Below, piece after piece: positions 16,831-25,314 of a DNA stretch of 32,000 nt. The stretch is from an uncultured Endozoicomonas sp. GTDB taxonomy: Bacteria; Pseudomonadota; Gammaproteobacteria; Pseudomonadales; Endozoicomonadaceae. How positions within the stretch are numbered: the stretch's first letter is position 1; each line of letters begins with the position of its first letter. The notes below the pieces were generated by a model. It searched no databases. It was not told where the DNA came from and worked only from the letters and a program-made list of their open reading frames with translations. The DNA lies in assembly GCF_947495845.1 (NCBI RefSeq), contig NZ_CANMAO010000014.1, positions 57,596 through 89,595 on the forward strand, given 5' to 3'. A program made the translations under genes and the position numbers.

Positions 16831-16846
16831 ATCGTCTTTCGACGAT
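16831..16846. promoter_or_regulatory. ATCGTCTTTCGACGAT (candidate ArsR operator, copy 2)
   Basis: It has the same ATCGTC-N4-GACGAT half-sites as 16406-16421 and lies 44 nt upstream of the acr3 ATG. Confidence 0.55.
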
Positions 16847-16889
16847 ATTCGATGAAAGATTTTCGAAGCAGAGTAGAAGGTAATCTGTC

Positions 16890-17921
16890 ATGGGTATATT
16901 TGAACGTTATTTAAGTGTCTGGGTGGCACTTGCCATGCTGGCAGGGTTGGCTGGTGGTTCGCTGTTCCCGAGTGTATTTACGACTCTGGGTGGCTTGGAG
17001 TATGCCAACATCAACTTTGTGATCGCCGTGTTGATCTGGCTGATGATCTATCCAATGATGATGCAGATTGATTTTACGGCGGTAAAAAACATCCATCGTC
17101 GTCCAAAAGGGTTGATCGTGACTCTGACGGTTAACTGGTTGATTAAGCCATTTACTATGGCGCTGCTGGCTATTGTCTTTATGCGTTATATTTTTGGTGA
17201 TTTCACCGGGCTGATTTCGCCAGAACTGGGTAACGAATACATTGCCGGTATGATTTTACTGGGTGTTGCGCCTTGTACGGCGATGGTCTTCGTCTGGAGT
17301 CAGCTGACCCGTGGTGATGCAAACTACACACTGGTTCAGGTGGCAGTGAATGACCTGGTCATGGTCGTTGCTTTTGCACCAATTGCTGCTTTCCTGCTGG
17401 GTGTGACTGATGTGATCGTACCTTGGGAAACTCTGTTTCTGTCCGTGATTCTGTTTATCGTCATTCCATTGATTGCAGGATTGCTGACCCGAAAAGCATT
17501 GCGCTCTAAGCAGGCGCTGCAGAGTTTTGGTGGAAAGATTAAACCGCTTTCCATCTTCGGTTTGATTCTGACCGTGGTTCTGCTGTTTGGTTTTCAGGCG
17601 CCACGCATTCTGGCGAACCCTGTGGACATCGTACCGATCGCGATCCCCCTGATTATTCAAACTGTGCTGATTTTCGCCATTGCCTACTTCTGGATGTATA
17701 AGTGGAAAGAACCGCACAGTGTTGCGGCGCCTGGCGGCATGATTGGTGCGTCCAACTTCTTTGAACTGGCAGTAGCGGTTGCCATCAGCCTGTTTGGTCT
17801 GAACTCTGGTGCAGCACTGGCGACAGTGGTGGGTGTTCTGGTGGAAGTGCCTATCATGCTGGCGTTGGTGACTTACGCTAATCGTACTCGTAACCTGTTT
17901 CCGGTTACTCACGCAGATTGA
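16890..17921 (+). CDS. acr3: ACR3-family arsenite efflux permease
   Basis: 343 aa. N-terminus [16 protein letters not shown] and the conserved [14 protein letters not shown] motif with the essential Cys. About 10 TM helices. Confidence 0.93.
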   Translation: MGIFERYLSVWVALAMLAGLAGGSLFPSVFTTLGGLEYANINFVIAVLIWLMIYPMMMQIDFTAVKNIHRRPKGLIVTLTVNWLIKPFTMALLAIVFMRYIFGDFTGLISPELGNEYIAGMILLGVAPCTAMVFVWSQLTRGDANYTLVQVAVNDLVMVVAFAPIAAFLLGVTDVIVPWETLFLSVILFIVIPLIAGLLTRKALRSKQALQSFGGKIKPLSIFGLILTVVLLFGFQAPRILANPVDIVPIAIPLIIQTVLIFAIAYFWMYKWKEPHSVAAPGGMIGASNFFELAVAVAISLFGLNSGAALATVVGVLVEVPIMLALVTYANRTRNLFPVTHAD

Positions 17922-17940
17922 TTAAGATTTTGCTGAATCA

Positions 17941-17967
17941 AAGGCTCTTTATCGCTTAAAGAGCCTT
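17941..17967 (+). terminator. Hairpin after acr3 (possible terminator)
   Basis: An 11-bp perfect stem, aaggctcttta (17941-17951) with taaagagcctt (17957-17967), and a 5-nt loop, 20 nt after the stop. There is no U-tract. Confidence 0.45.
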
Positions 17968-18196
17968 CACTCCCAAACTTATAACGTCCTGAGCTCAAGT
18001 TTTTCTGAAGTGGTGGTTTCTGGCTAGATATTTCTATATTTTTAGAATAGTAGTTGAGTTTTGTTTTTGATGAATCTATTATGCGCTCATCGACATATAT
18101 TAGAGCTGATGACCACGGATTCGACGTTATGTGGCATAGGGTTATCAGCAAAGGATTTTTTTAAGTTTATATTTCTATTTTTCTGGAATTATTGAT

Positions 18197-19291
18197 ATGA
18201 GTATACAACAGCAGATAACCGATTTTATCGGGCCGGTGATTAAACCGGCTCTGGAATCCAGTATCGGTGCTGACATGGCACAGAATCTGGTAAATGCCCT
18301 GGGAACGTTTATCTTCCTGGCGGGTGAGTTGACCATTTTGTTCTTGGTCGTCAGCTTTATCATTGGCGTTATTCTTGAGTACATGCCGGCGGAGAAGATT
18401 CAAAAGATCCTTGGTTCCAAAGGGGGTAAAGGCTACGTTTCAGCGGGTTTACTGGGCGCTCTTACGCCGTTCTGCAGTTGCTCAACCATTCCTATGCTGA
18501 CGGGTCTTCTGAAGGCTCGGGCAGGTTTTGGTCCAACCATTACCTTCCTGTTTACCTCGCCACTGATGAACCCAATCATTATGGGGTTGTTGCTAGCTAC
18601 CTTCGGCATGAAGGTTACCGTAATCTACTTCGCGATTGCGCTGACCGTCTCTGTGGCTGGTGGCTTTATTCTGGAGAAAATGGGCTTTGAGCGTTATGTG
18701 CGTAAAGAAGTGGTTTACGGTGAAGCTGCAGCAGCCAGTTGTTGTGATAGCAAACCAGCGCCTAAAACTAGCTGTTGCGATAGCAAACCTGCGGTAGAGA
18801 CTAAAAGCAGCTGTTGCGACAGCACTCCAGCGCCTGCTGCATCCGGATGTGCAACGGCCTGTGGTGATAGCAAGCCTAAGAGTGATGATCGCTGGGCTCG
18901 TATCTGGGATGAAACCTGGAGCCAGTTCAAGAAGATTTTCCCGATTCTGATGTTGGGTGTGGGTATTGGCGCCTTTACTTATGGCTTTATCCCTGCGGAC
19001 TTTATTGCTCAGTACGCAGGACCAGATAATCCAATGGCGATCCCATTTGCTGCAATCATTGGTGTGCCATTGTATATCCGTGCTGAAGCTGTGATTCCTC
19101 TGGCGTCTGCCTTGGCAGCCAAAGGGATGGGGATGGGAGCTTTGATGGCTCTGATTATCGGTAGTGCCGGTGCGAGTTTGACTGAGGTTATCTTGTTGAG
19201 AAGCTTGTTCCGTAACCCAATGATTATTGCTTTCCTGGTGGTGATCTTTGCGATGGCGATCTCTGCTGGCTTTGTGATGACCTTTATCTGA
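18197..19291 (+). CDS. arsP: ArsP-like (PF03773/DUF318-type) permease with an inserted Cys-rich loop
   Basis: 364 aa, polytopic. It carries the LTPFCSCSTIPM vicinal-Cys motif, as I recall it for the methylarsenite efflux permease ArsP family. The central soluble loop holds SCCDSKPA-type repeats. Confidence 0.65.
   Translation: MSIQQQITDFIGPVIKPALESSIGADMAQNLVNALGTFIFLAGELTILFLVVSFIIGVILEYMPAEKIQKILGSKGGKGYVSAGLLGALTPFCSCSTIPMLTGLLKARAGFGPTITFLFTSPLMNPIIMGLLLATFGMKVTVIYFAIALTVSVAGGFILEKMGFERYVRKEVVYGEAAAASCCDSKPAPKTSCCDSKPAVETKSSCCDSTPAPAASGCATACGDSKPKSDDRWARIWDETWSQFKKIFPILMLGVGIGAFTYGFIPADFIAQYAGPDNPMAIPFAAIIGVPLYIRAEAVIPLASALAAKGMGMGALMALIIGSAGASLTEVILLRSLFRNPMIIAFLVVIFAMAISAGFVMTFI
18737..18880 (+). 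repeat. In-frame imperfect tandem repeat (33-39 bp units) encoding S-C-C-D-S-(K/T)-P-A three times, plus a degenerate fourth (GCATACGDSKP)
   Basis: DNA units agttgttgtgatagcaaaccagcg.., agctgttgcgatagcaaacctgcg.. and agctgttgcgacagcactccagcg... Protein: SCCDSKPAPKTSCCDSKPAVETKSSCCDSTPAPAASGCATACGDSKPK. Confidence 0.75.
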
Positions 19292-19310
19292 TTTTATTGA
19301 TGTGTAAGGA

Positions 19311-19341
19311 AAAGGCTGACCCTGAAAGGTCAGCCTTTTTT
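19311..19341 (+). terminator. Rho-independent terminator after the arsP-like gene
   Basis: An 11-bp perfect stem, aaaggctgacc (19311-19321) with ggtcagccttt (19328-19338), a 6-nt loop and a T-run through 19341. It starts 20 nt after the stop. Confidence 0.8.
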
Positions 19342-19357
19342 GTTAGGAGTATGCAGA

Positions 19358-19660
19358 ATGTCGTCGGTAAACGAGCTTGAAATGTATGCAAGAATACTTA
19401 AAGAACTTGGTCACCCAGCGCGTTTAGCTATTTATAAAAGATTGGTTAAAACTGGCGAAGCAGGGCTTTCTGTGGGGGATTTGCAGAAAGAGCTGAACAT
19501 CCCTGGATCTACACTATCTCATCACCTCTCGGCACTTATCTCAGCTGGGCTTGTCCGTCAGGTGCGGGCTGGAAGAACGCTATTTTGTATCCCGCAGATT
19601 GAATTGTTTCAGCAGCTGCTTGGCTTTCTGTATGAAGAGTGTTGCTCTGATGCAGCCTGA
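19358..19660 (+). CDS. ArsR/SmtB-family metalloregulator (paralog B, C-terminal Cys-Cys)
   Basis: I chose the ATG at 19358, 8 nt after AGGAG (19345-19349). LKELGHPARLAIYKRLVKTGEAGLSVGDLQKELNIPGSTLSHHLSALISAGLV... and the C-terminal YEECCSDAA align along the full length with the 14398 product. Confidence 0.85.
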   Translation: MSSVNELEMYARILKELGHPARLAIYKRLVKTGEAGLSVGDLQKELNIPGSTLSHHLSALISAGLVRQVRAGRTLFCIPQIELFQQLLGFLYEECCSDAA

Positions 19661-19878
19661 ATTCAGTTATTTATAGCCTATAGTTATTAAAGTGTTTTTT
19701 CTGAATAGATAGCATCATCTGAGTCAATTGTTAGCAGTGCTGACCGGTTGGTTAGGTGTTCAGAAGCAAAAGAGTGCTAGTTTTAATGCTATCTTTTCTA
19801 ACATTATGATTTTTAAGACAAAGTTAGACTAAAGGCTAAGCGATAAATGGAATAGCCGCAATAACAGGATGTTAAGCG

Positions 19879-21108
19879 ATGAGTATTACTTTGCAGAATG
19901 ATACAGTCATCCTCACTGGATTTGACCGCTTCCGGTATAAGCCTCTGTCAATCCCAAAAAACTTGTGGAAACACCGAAAAATCTACTTAAACCTCACTCA
20001 GGTTGAGAGTTATATCGAGAAGCATCCCAAGACTAGGCTAACCAAAAAATTACAGAGTATGGTTGTCAGACCCAGCCTTAAGATTCATCTGTCTGAGATA
20101 AGTTTTGATAAATGGAAAATAGTAGACGGCAATTTCCCTTGGGAAAGCACCACTTTGCTCAAGCAATTTATCAATGCCTTTTCAAAAGAGTTGGAGGGTG
20201 GAAAACTAAGCTTGAATAAGGTTGTTCAGCGGCTGCAATTATTCAATCTTTTGACTGTGCAATTCGAGAATGAAGTATGGGATATGCAAGATATTCATGA
20301 TCGCTATACCGGTCTTCAGGTTGCTGAAATATTGCGCGGTAATCTGGTAAAGGCAACCGAGAAAGTGGTAAACCAGATTAATGCATTGTCTTTTGGTTAT
20401 TCAGGGAAGAAGGCCGCTATCAACTCTCAAAAATTACATGACCTTGTCGACCTATGTAATCCCGGTAGAGCTATTAAGCAGATGCGCTCGTTCATCAATC
20501 GTCAAAAAATCGAAGAGTTTCAGAAAGAGAGTGATCCAAAGTTCAAGGAATTTATGTTGCGCCGATGGGTGAGCGACTATGGTTCAGTACGACGTTATGA
20601 AGTCTTGGCTAAATCACTATCAAGCAATTCCAATGAAATTTTACGTAATGCTGGAGATCGCTGGTTGAAAAAATCAGCTAAAGCGTTTGACTATGTGCAT
20701 AACCAAATTTTCCCAGAGGCATTGTTCGAAACCAGGGAAAATGATCAAAAGGAGAGTAACTTTGTTCGGGTAGAGGAAGAAGGCAAGACAAAGTGGATTA
20801 AAGCGCAGGACGACACAATAAAAGGAAAAAAATTGGAAGTTGATTTTCGCGATACTGCGGGCATGAAAGCTCAAAGAGATCAAGAAATTGCGGATATGGA
20901 TATCGGTTCATCATGGCAGTACAAGTTTATTTATAGATCATTGATGCAGTACTGTACAGAGGCAGGCTATAAAGAGGGAGAGTTGTATAAAATCCTTATT
21001 GAGCGGCTAAGTTTGTTAAAGGGTAAAGATACAAATACTCAGACAGCAAAGCTTTTCAGTGATTTTAAGAACGCTTTGCAATCCTTAACGGGGGCTAAAC
21101 CATCATGA
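19879..21108 (+). CDS. Hypothetical protein (409 aa) with no motif I recognise. The gene is A+T-rich.
   Basis: A long uninterrupted ORF in a segment that by eye is clearly more A+T-rich than its flanks. The product is Lys/Glu-rich and probably helical, with no TM helix, signal peptide or catalytic motif that I could identify. Confidence 0.55.
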   Translation: MSITLQNDTVILTGFDRFRYKPLSIPKNLWKHRKIYLNLTQVESYIEKHPKTRLTKKLQSMVVRPSLKIHLSEISFDKWKIVDGNFPWESTTLLKQFINAFSKELEGGKLSLNKVVQRLQLFNLLTVQFENEVWDMQDIHDRYTGLQVAEILRGNLVKATEKVVNQINALSFGYSGKKAAINSQKLHDLVDLCNPGRAIKQMRSFINRQKIEEFQKESDPKFKEFMLRRWVSDYGSVRRYEVLAKSLSSNSNEILRNAGDRWLKKSAKAFDYVHNQIFPEALFETRENDQKESNFVRVEEEGKTKWIKAQDDTIKGKKLEVDFRDTAGMKAQRDQEIADMDIGSSWQYKFIYRSLMQYCTEAGYKEGELYKILIERLSLLKGKDTNTQTAKLFSDFKNALQSLTGAKPS

Positions 21109-21127
21109 CTGAATAGATTTAAACGCC

Positions 21128-21158
21128 AAGAGTAATTGCATAAGAATGCAATTACTCT
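21128..21158. terminator. Hairpin between the convergent orphan gene and the 67-aa gene (terminator)
   Basis: A 13-bp perfect stem, aagagtaattgca (21128-21140) with tgcaattactctt (21146-21158), and a 5-nt loop. On the plus strand it is followed by tt. Confidence 0.5.
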
Positions 21159-21166
21159 TTTCGGGC

Positions 21167-21370
21167 TCAGCTTTTCTTCTTCATATACGTTCTGACACCC
21201 CCAAAAATAGCCGCAGCAATTAAACCAGCCAGCAACAAGTGGTCAGGTTCTGTCACTTGATGCCAGATAGATGACATCACAGAACCACTGGAATGATCTC
21301 CCTGATGGGCCATAACATGGCTGGAAAGCAGTGAAGCAGCAAGGCTCGTAGAAAGCAGTTTTATTTTCAT
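21167..21370 (-). CDS. 67-aa signal-peptide plus single-TM protein resembling the N-terminus of HupE/UreJ nickel transporters
   Basis: GGAG lies 7 nt upstream of the ATG, which is 35 nt downstream of ureG. The product is MKIKLLSTSLAASLLSSHVMA|HQGDHSSG...WHQVTEPDHLLLAGLIAAAIFGG...KKKS. HupE/UreJ proteins start, after the signal peptide, with His and carry HP..G.DHLLAM..VG in TM1 (recalled). Confidence 0.5.
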   Translation of the reverse strand: MKIKLLSTSLAASLLSSHVMAHQGDHSSGSVMSSIWHQVTEPDHLLLAGLIAAAIFGGVRTYMKKKS

Positions 21371-21405
21371 TATGATTCTCCAGTTAGTGCTTGTATGAAT
21401 GAAAG

Positions 21406-22065
21406 TTATACGGCTTCTGCCGTTTCAGGCATCTTTGCTTCCAGCATGCCTTGATCAATGATGAAATCGATAATCTCTTTAACCCCTTTTTCCGCTTTTA
21501 GATTGGTAAAAAAGAAAGGTCGTTCACCACGCATTTTTTTTGCATCCCGATCCATAACCTCAAGTGATGCGCCTACAATGGGAGCCAGATCGGTTTTATT
21601 AATAATCAGCAAATCGGAGCGAGTGATGCCCGGACCACCTTTACGGGGTATTTTGTCGCCGGCAGACACATCGATCACATAAATCGTCAAATCAGAGAGC
21701 TCAGGGCTGAAAGTAGCGCTTAAGTTATCACCGCCAGATTCCACCAGAACCAGTTCCAGCCCTGAATGGCGTTGGCAAAGTTCATCCACGGCAGCAAGGT
21801 TCATGGATGCATCTTCACGGATGGCAGTGTGTGGGCAGCCGCCGGTCTCAACACCAATGATGCGATCTTCATCCAGTGCTTCGTTGCGCATTAAAAACTG
21901 AGCGTCTTCTTTCGTATAAATATCGTTGGTGACAACCGCCAGATTGTAATAGTCCCGCATGGCGGCACAGAGCTTGGTCAGCAATGCTGTTTTGCCAGAA
22001 CCTACAGGGCCACCGACGCCTACTCGCAGCGTTTGCGGGGTTCGAGTTGTTCTGTTAAGAGTCAT
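21406..22065 (-). CDS. ureG: Urease accessory GTPase UreG
   Basis: 219 aa. P-loop [11 protein letters not shown], then [13 protein letters not shown] and ESGGDNL motifs. Confidence 0.97.
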   Translation of the reverse strand: MTLNRTTRTPQTLRVGVGGPVGSGKTALLTKLCAAMRDYYNLAVVTNDIYTKEDAQFLMRNEALDEDRIIGVETGGCPHTAIREDASMNLAAVDELCQRHSGLELVLVESGGDNLSATFSPELSDLTIYVIDVSAGDKIPRKGGPGITRSDLLIINKTDLAPIVGASLEVMDRDAKKMRGERPFFFTNLKAEKGVKEIIDFIIDQGMLEAKMPETAEAV

Positions 22066-22089
22066 TATTCTTATCCTTTTTCTATCAGG

Positions 22090-22764
22090 TTACGATCGGA
22101 ACAACCGGGAATACTGATGCTCGTGCCAGCTGCTGGCCATGGTGTAGTGCATCATGTTGTTGCCAATCTCATGATCGTTCAGGGAATGAGCCGCATTCAG
22201 TGCGCCATCCATTTCATGGGTCAGTCTTTTCAGAATATGCTGGGCATCGGTTTGCCCAAGGGGCACTGCTTTTGTCGCGGCTGTTACCTGATTTTCACAC
22301 CAGGACCACAGCAAACCAATGACGGCACTTTGCTCATCAATACTTCCCAATAGACTGGACAGTGAAAACATCGAGCATTGGGTGGGTGTGATCAGCCAGT
22401 CGGCTCTTGGCTCATCGGGGTACATGGATTTCACCCAGGTACAGAATGCTCTGCCAACCTGACAATCTTCGTCGTATAACTCTTTAGTCTCACGAAAGGC
22501 CAGTAGCGTGTCATTCCAGAAAATAACCTGCTCTTGATCATGGTTTTTCAAGGCACGATAAAGGCGCAGAAAAACCGGCACGTCGAGTTTTGCCATGCCC
22601 TGTAGCATCAATTCACTGATCCAGTCACCAGTGGTTTGCCGGTTATGGCACCACTGTCGGTCAATGGCTGTTTCCAGCCCCTGAGAATAGGCGAATGCAC
22701 CCACCGGCAATGCCGGGCTGGAGAGGTGCAGCAACCCCAACAGTGACTCAGTGGTGATGCTCAT
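22090..22764 (-). CDS. ureF: Urease accessory protein UreF
   Basis: I chose the ATG at 22764 (MSITTESLLGLLHLSSPALPVGAFAYSQGLE...), which gives about 224 aa and a 17-nt overlap with ureE. The track's start at 22902 would overlap ureE by about 150 nt. Confidence 0.9.
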   Translation of the reverse strand: MSITTESLLGLLHLSSPALPVGAFAYSQGLETAIDRQWCHNRQTTGDWISELMLQGMAKLDVPVFLRLYRALKNHDQEQVIFWNDTLLAFRETKELYDEDCQVGRAFCTWVKSMYPDEPRADWLITPTQCSMFSLSSLLGSIDEQSAVIGLLWSWCENQVTAATKAVPLGQTDAQHILKRLTHEMDGALNAAHSLNDHEIGNNMMHYTMASSWHEHQYSRLFRS

Positions 22765-23230
22765 GGTGATGCTCTTGAGGGTCGTGTCCGTGCTGATGGG
22801 TATGACCTTTGGTATAGGCGCCATTTTCTGGCTCAAAAGGCGCTTCTGCGTGACTGACTTCCAACCCCAGAAGCACCACCATTTCATCCAGCACATGATC
22901 AATTTGAAAACGAAGCCAATTGTCGCCTATTTGCAGAGGTACGTGACGATTACCTAAGTGATAACAGGCTCTGGCAAATAGCAACGGGTCGTTGCAGCGA
23001 GCAGTAGTAACGGCTTCATTCGCTGCGGTGACTCTGATCACCTCTCCGGTTTCGGCTTGTAGCAGAGTGCCGTCACGCATGACTTCGCCACGTTCAATGA
23101 AAATACCAGCTTGCTGACCATTTCGGGTGATTGCCTTCAAGCGTCCACGCTTACGTTCATCGAAAGGGAGCAGAAGTTCATCACTGTAATGGCTGCTCGC
23201 TTCCGAAAGGCGTTCGGTAAACTTCAACAT
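22748..23230 (-). CDS. ureE: Urease metallochaperone UreE with a His-rich tail
   Basis: 160 aa. The UreE fold pattern is present (LGNRHVPLQI) and the C-terminus is HTHQHGHDPQEHHHEHHH. Confidence 0.93.
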   Translation of the reverse strand: MLKFTERLSEASSHYSDELLLPFDERKRGRLKAITRNGQQAGIFIERGEVMRDGTLLQAETGEVIRVTAANEAVTTARCNDPLLFARACYHLGNRHVPLQIGDNWLRFQIDHVLDEMVVLLGLEVSHAEAPFEPENGAYTKGHTHQHGHDPQEHHHEHHH

Positions 23231-23254
23231 AAACGATCCTGTTTGAATAATTGT

Positions 23255-24988
23255 TTAGAAAAGGAAATAGCGCTGAGCAAGGGGCACAACCTCAAGCGGT
23301 TCACAGGTGAGCAGCTCACCATTAGCTCGCACTTCATAGGTTTCCGGATCCACTTCCATCTCTGGCTGCCATGTATTCAGTACCATGTCTTTCTTTTTTA
23401 CTGTGCGAGTGCCTTTCACTGCGGAGAGCGTTTTCTTCAAACCCAGCTTTTCACCAATCTCGGCATCCAGAGCGGCCTTGGAAACAAACGACAGTGAAGT
23501 AGCGGCTGCAGCCTGTCCCATGGCCGCAAACATCGGCCGGTAGTGAACGGGTTGCGGTGTTGGAATAGATGCGTTTGGATCTCCCATCGGTGCTGTTGCA
23601 ATCGCACCACCTTTCAGAACCAGAGAGGGTTTGGCGCCAAAGAAAGCGGGTTTCCATAACACCAGATCCGCCAGTTTGCCCGGTTCAATAGAGCCCACCT
23701 CATGGGCGATACCGTGAGTCAGTGCAGGATTGATTGTGTATTTAGCGACGTAACGACGGGCACGAAAGTTATCCACTTCCGCCATTGCATCTTCAGGCAA
23801 TAAACCACGCTGGACTTTCATTTTGTGGGCGGTCTGCCAGGTTCTGCTGATCACTTCGCCGACTCGGCCCATGGCCTGGGAGTCGGAAGCGATCATGCTG
23901 AATGCACCAAGGTCATGAAGAATGTCTTCTGCGGCAATGGTTTCACGGCGAATTCGTGAGTCTGCAAAAGCGACGTCTTCAGGAATATTTGGATCAAGAT
24001 GATGGCAGACCATCAGCATATCCAGATGTTCATCAACGGTATTGATGGTGTAAGGTCTTGTGGGATTAGTAGACGATGGCAGTACATAGCTTTCACCGCA
24101 GGCCTTGATAATGTCCGGAGCATGGCCACCGCCAGCGCCTTCGGTGTGATAGGTATGGATAACCCGTCCTTTGAAAGCGGCCAGAGTGTCTTCCACAAAG
24201 CCTGATTCATTCAATGTATCGGTATGAATTGCTACCTGAATGTCGTATTTCTCGGCAACGGTTAGACAACAGTCGATGGAGGCCGGCGTTGTGCCCCAGT
24301 CTTCATGAAGTTTTAACCCCATAGCGCCGGCTTGCACTTGCTCTTCCAGTGCTTCCGGCAAACTACCGTTGCCCTTACCCAGAAAGCCAATGTTCATTGG
24401 CAAATTGTCAACCGCTTTCAACATTGTGCTGATATGCCAGCTGCCCGGAGTACAAGTCGTGGCGTTGGTACCCGTCGCTGGGCCTGTGCCACCGCCGAGC
24501 ATGGTGGTGACGCCAGACGTCAGCGCTTCGTCAATTTGTTGAGGGCAAATAAAATGTATGTGAGCATCAACACCGCCAGCAGTCACGATCTGCCCTTCCC
24601 CTGCAATCACCTCGGTGCCAGGACCGATAATGATATCCACACCTTCCTGCACATCCGGATTACCGGCTTTACCAATGCGCTCGATGCGTCCGCCTTTGAT
24701 GCCAATGTCGGCTTTTACAATGCCCCAATGGTCAAGAATCAAGGCATTGGTGATGACAGTATCCACGACAAACGCTTCTGGTTGCTGGCTCTGTCCCATA
24801 CCATCGCGAATCACTTTTCCGCCGCCAAATTTCACTTCATCGCCATACACGGTGAAATCTTTCTCAGGGCTGATAAATAACTCTGTATCACCAAGGCGAA
24901 CTTTGTCGTTTATGGTTGGACCAAACATATCCACATAGGTTTGCCGATCCATCAGGGTTTTTGTCGTGATGTCATGGTCGTTTTTCAT
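23255..24988 (-). CDS. ureC: Urease alpha subunit UreC
   Basis: 577 aa. [20 protein letters not shown] (carbamylated Lys), AIHTDTLNE and MVCHHLD motifs are present. The ATG overlaps the ureB stop (ATGA). An internal Met at 24952 is an alternative start. Confidence 0.97.
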   Translation of the reverse strand: MKNDHDITTKTLMDRQTYVDMFGPTINDKVRLGDTELFISPEKDFTVYGDEVKFGGGKVIRDGMGQSQQPEAFVVDTVITNALILDHWGIVKADIGIKGGRIERIGKAGNPDVQEGVDIIIGPGTEVIAGEGQIVTAGGVDAHIHFICPQQIDEALTSGVTTMLGGGTGPATGTNATTCTPGSWHISTMLKAVDNLPMNIGFLGKGNGSLPEALEEQVQAGAMGLKLHEDWGTTPASIDCCLTVAEKYDIQVAIHTDTLNESGFVEDTLAAFKGRVIHTYHTEGAGGGHAPDIIKACGESYVLPSSTNPTRPYTINTVDEHLDMLMVCHHLDPNIPEDVAFADSRIRRETIAAEDILHDLGAFSMIASDSQAMGRVGEVISRTWQTAHKMKVQRGLLPEDAMAEVDNFRARRYVAKYTINPALTHGIAHEVGSIEPGKLADLVLWKPAFFGAKPSLVLKGGAIATAPMGDPNASIPTPQPVHYRPMFAAMGQAAAATSLSFVSKAALDAEIGEKLGLKKTLSAVKGTRTVKKKDMVLNTWQPEMEVDPETYEVRANGELLTCEPLEVVPLAQRYFLF

Positions 24989-25305
24989 TTCTGCTCTCCC
25001 CGAAGCTTGCCCATAACGTCACCACGAAAACCATAAATCTGCTGTTTACCGGCATAGCGAACCAGCTCAACTTGTCGATCCTGTCCCGGTTCAAATCGAA
25101 CAGCGGTACCTGCTGGAATATTCAGTCGAAATCCCAAAGTCTGCTCACGCTCAAATGAGAGTGCAGGGTTGGTTTCGTAAAAATGATAGTGCGAACCTAC
25201 CTGAACCGGGCGATCACCAGTGTTCGCGACAGACAGCATGAAGGTTTCACGACCGACATTGATTTCAATTGGCTCTGAAGAGGCAATCAGTTCTCCGGGT
25301 ATCAT
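24985..25305 (-). CDS. ureB: Urease beta subunit UreB
   Basis: 106 aa. MIPGE...[27 protein letters not shown]. Confidence 0.95.
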   Translation of the reverse strand: MIPGELIASSEPIEINVGRETFMLSVANTGDRPVQVGSHYHFYETNPALSFEREQTLGFRLNIPAGTAVRFEPGQDRQVELVRYAGKQQIYGFRGDVMGKLRGEQK

Positions 25306-25314
25306 GTTGATTCC

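Noticed and set aside
17256-17912. 218-aa minus-strand ORF antisense to acr3
   Set aside because: It is a shadow ORF of a strongly supported membrane-protein gene. Its product is a low-complexity R/Q/H/N-rich sequence.
18021-18185. Direct repeat ATATTTCTAT(AT)TTTT upstream of the arsP-like gene, and a similar CTATTTTC near 14255, as a shared operator of the two CC-type ArsR paralogs
   Set aside because: The matches are short and lie in very A+T-rich DNA, so they could arise by chance. There is no dyad symmetry. I left this as unsupported.
18737-18880. Tandem repeats considered as a possible CRISPR array or satellite
   Set aside because: The repeats are in-frame inside a long ORF, contiguous without spacers, and conserve the peptide SCCDS(K/T)PA. 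This is a coding repeat.
22765-22902. Long N-terminal extension of ureF (track ORF 22090-22902)
   Set aside because: It would overlap ureE by about 150 nt. The conserved UreF N-terminus (LLGLLHLSSPALPVGAFAYSQGLE) begins right after the Met at 22764.
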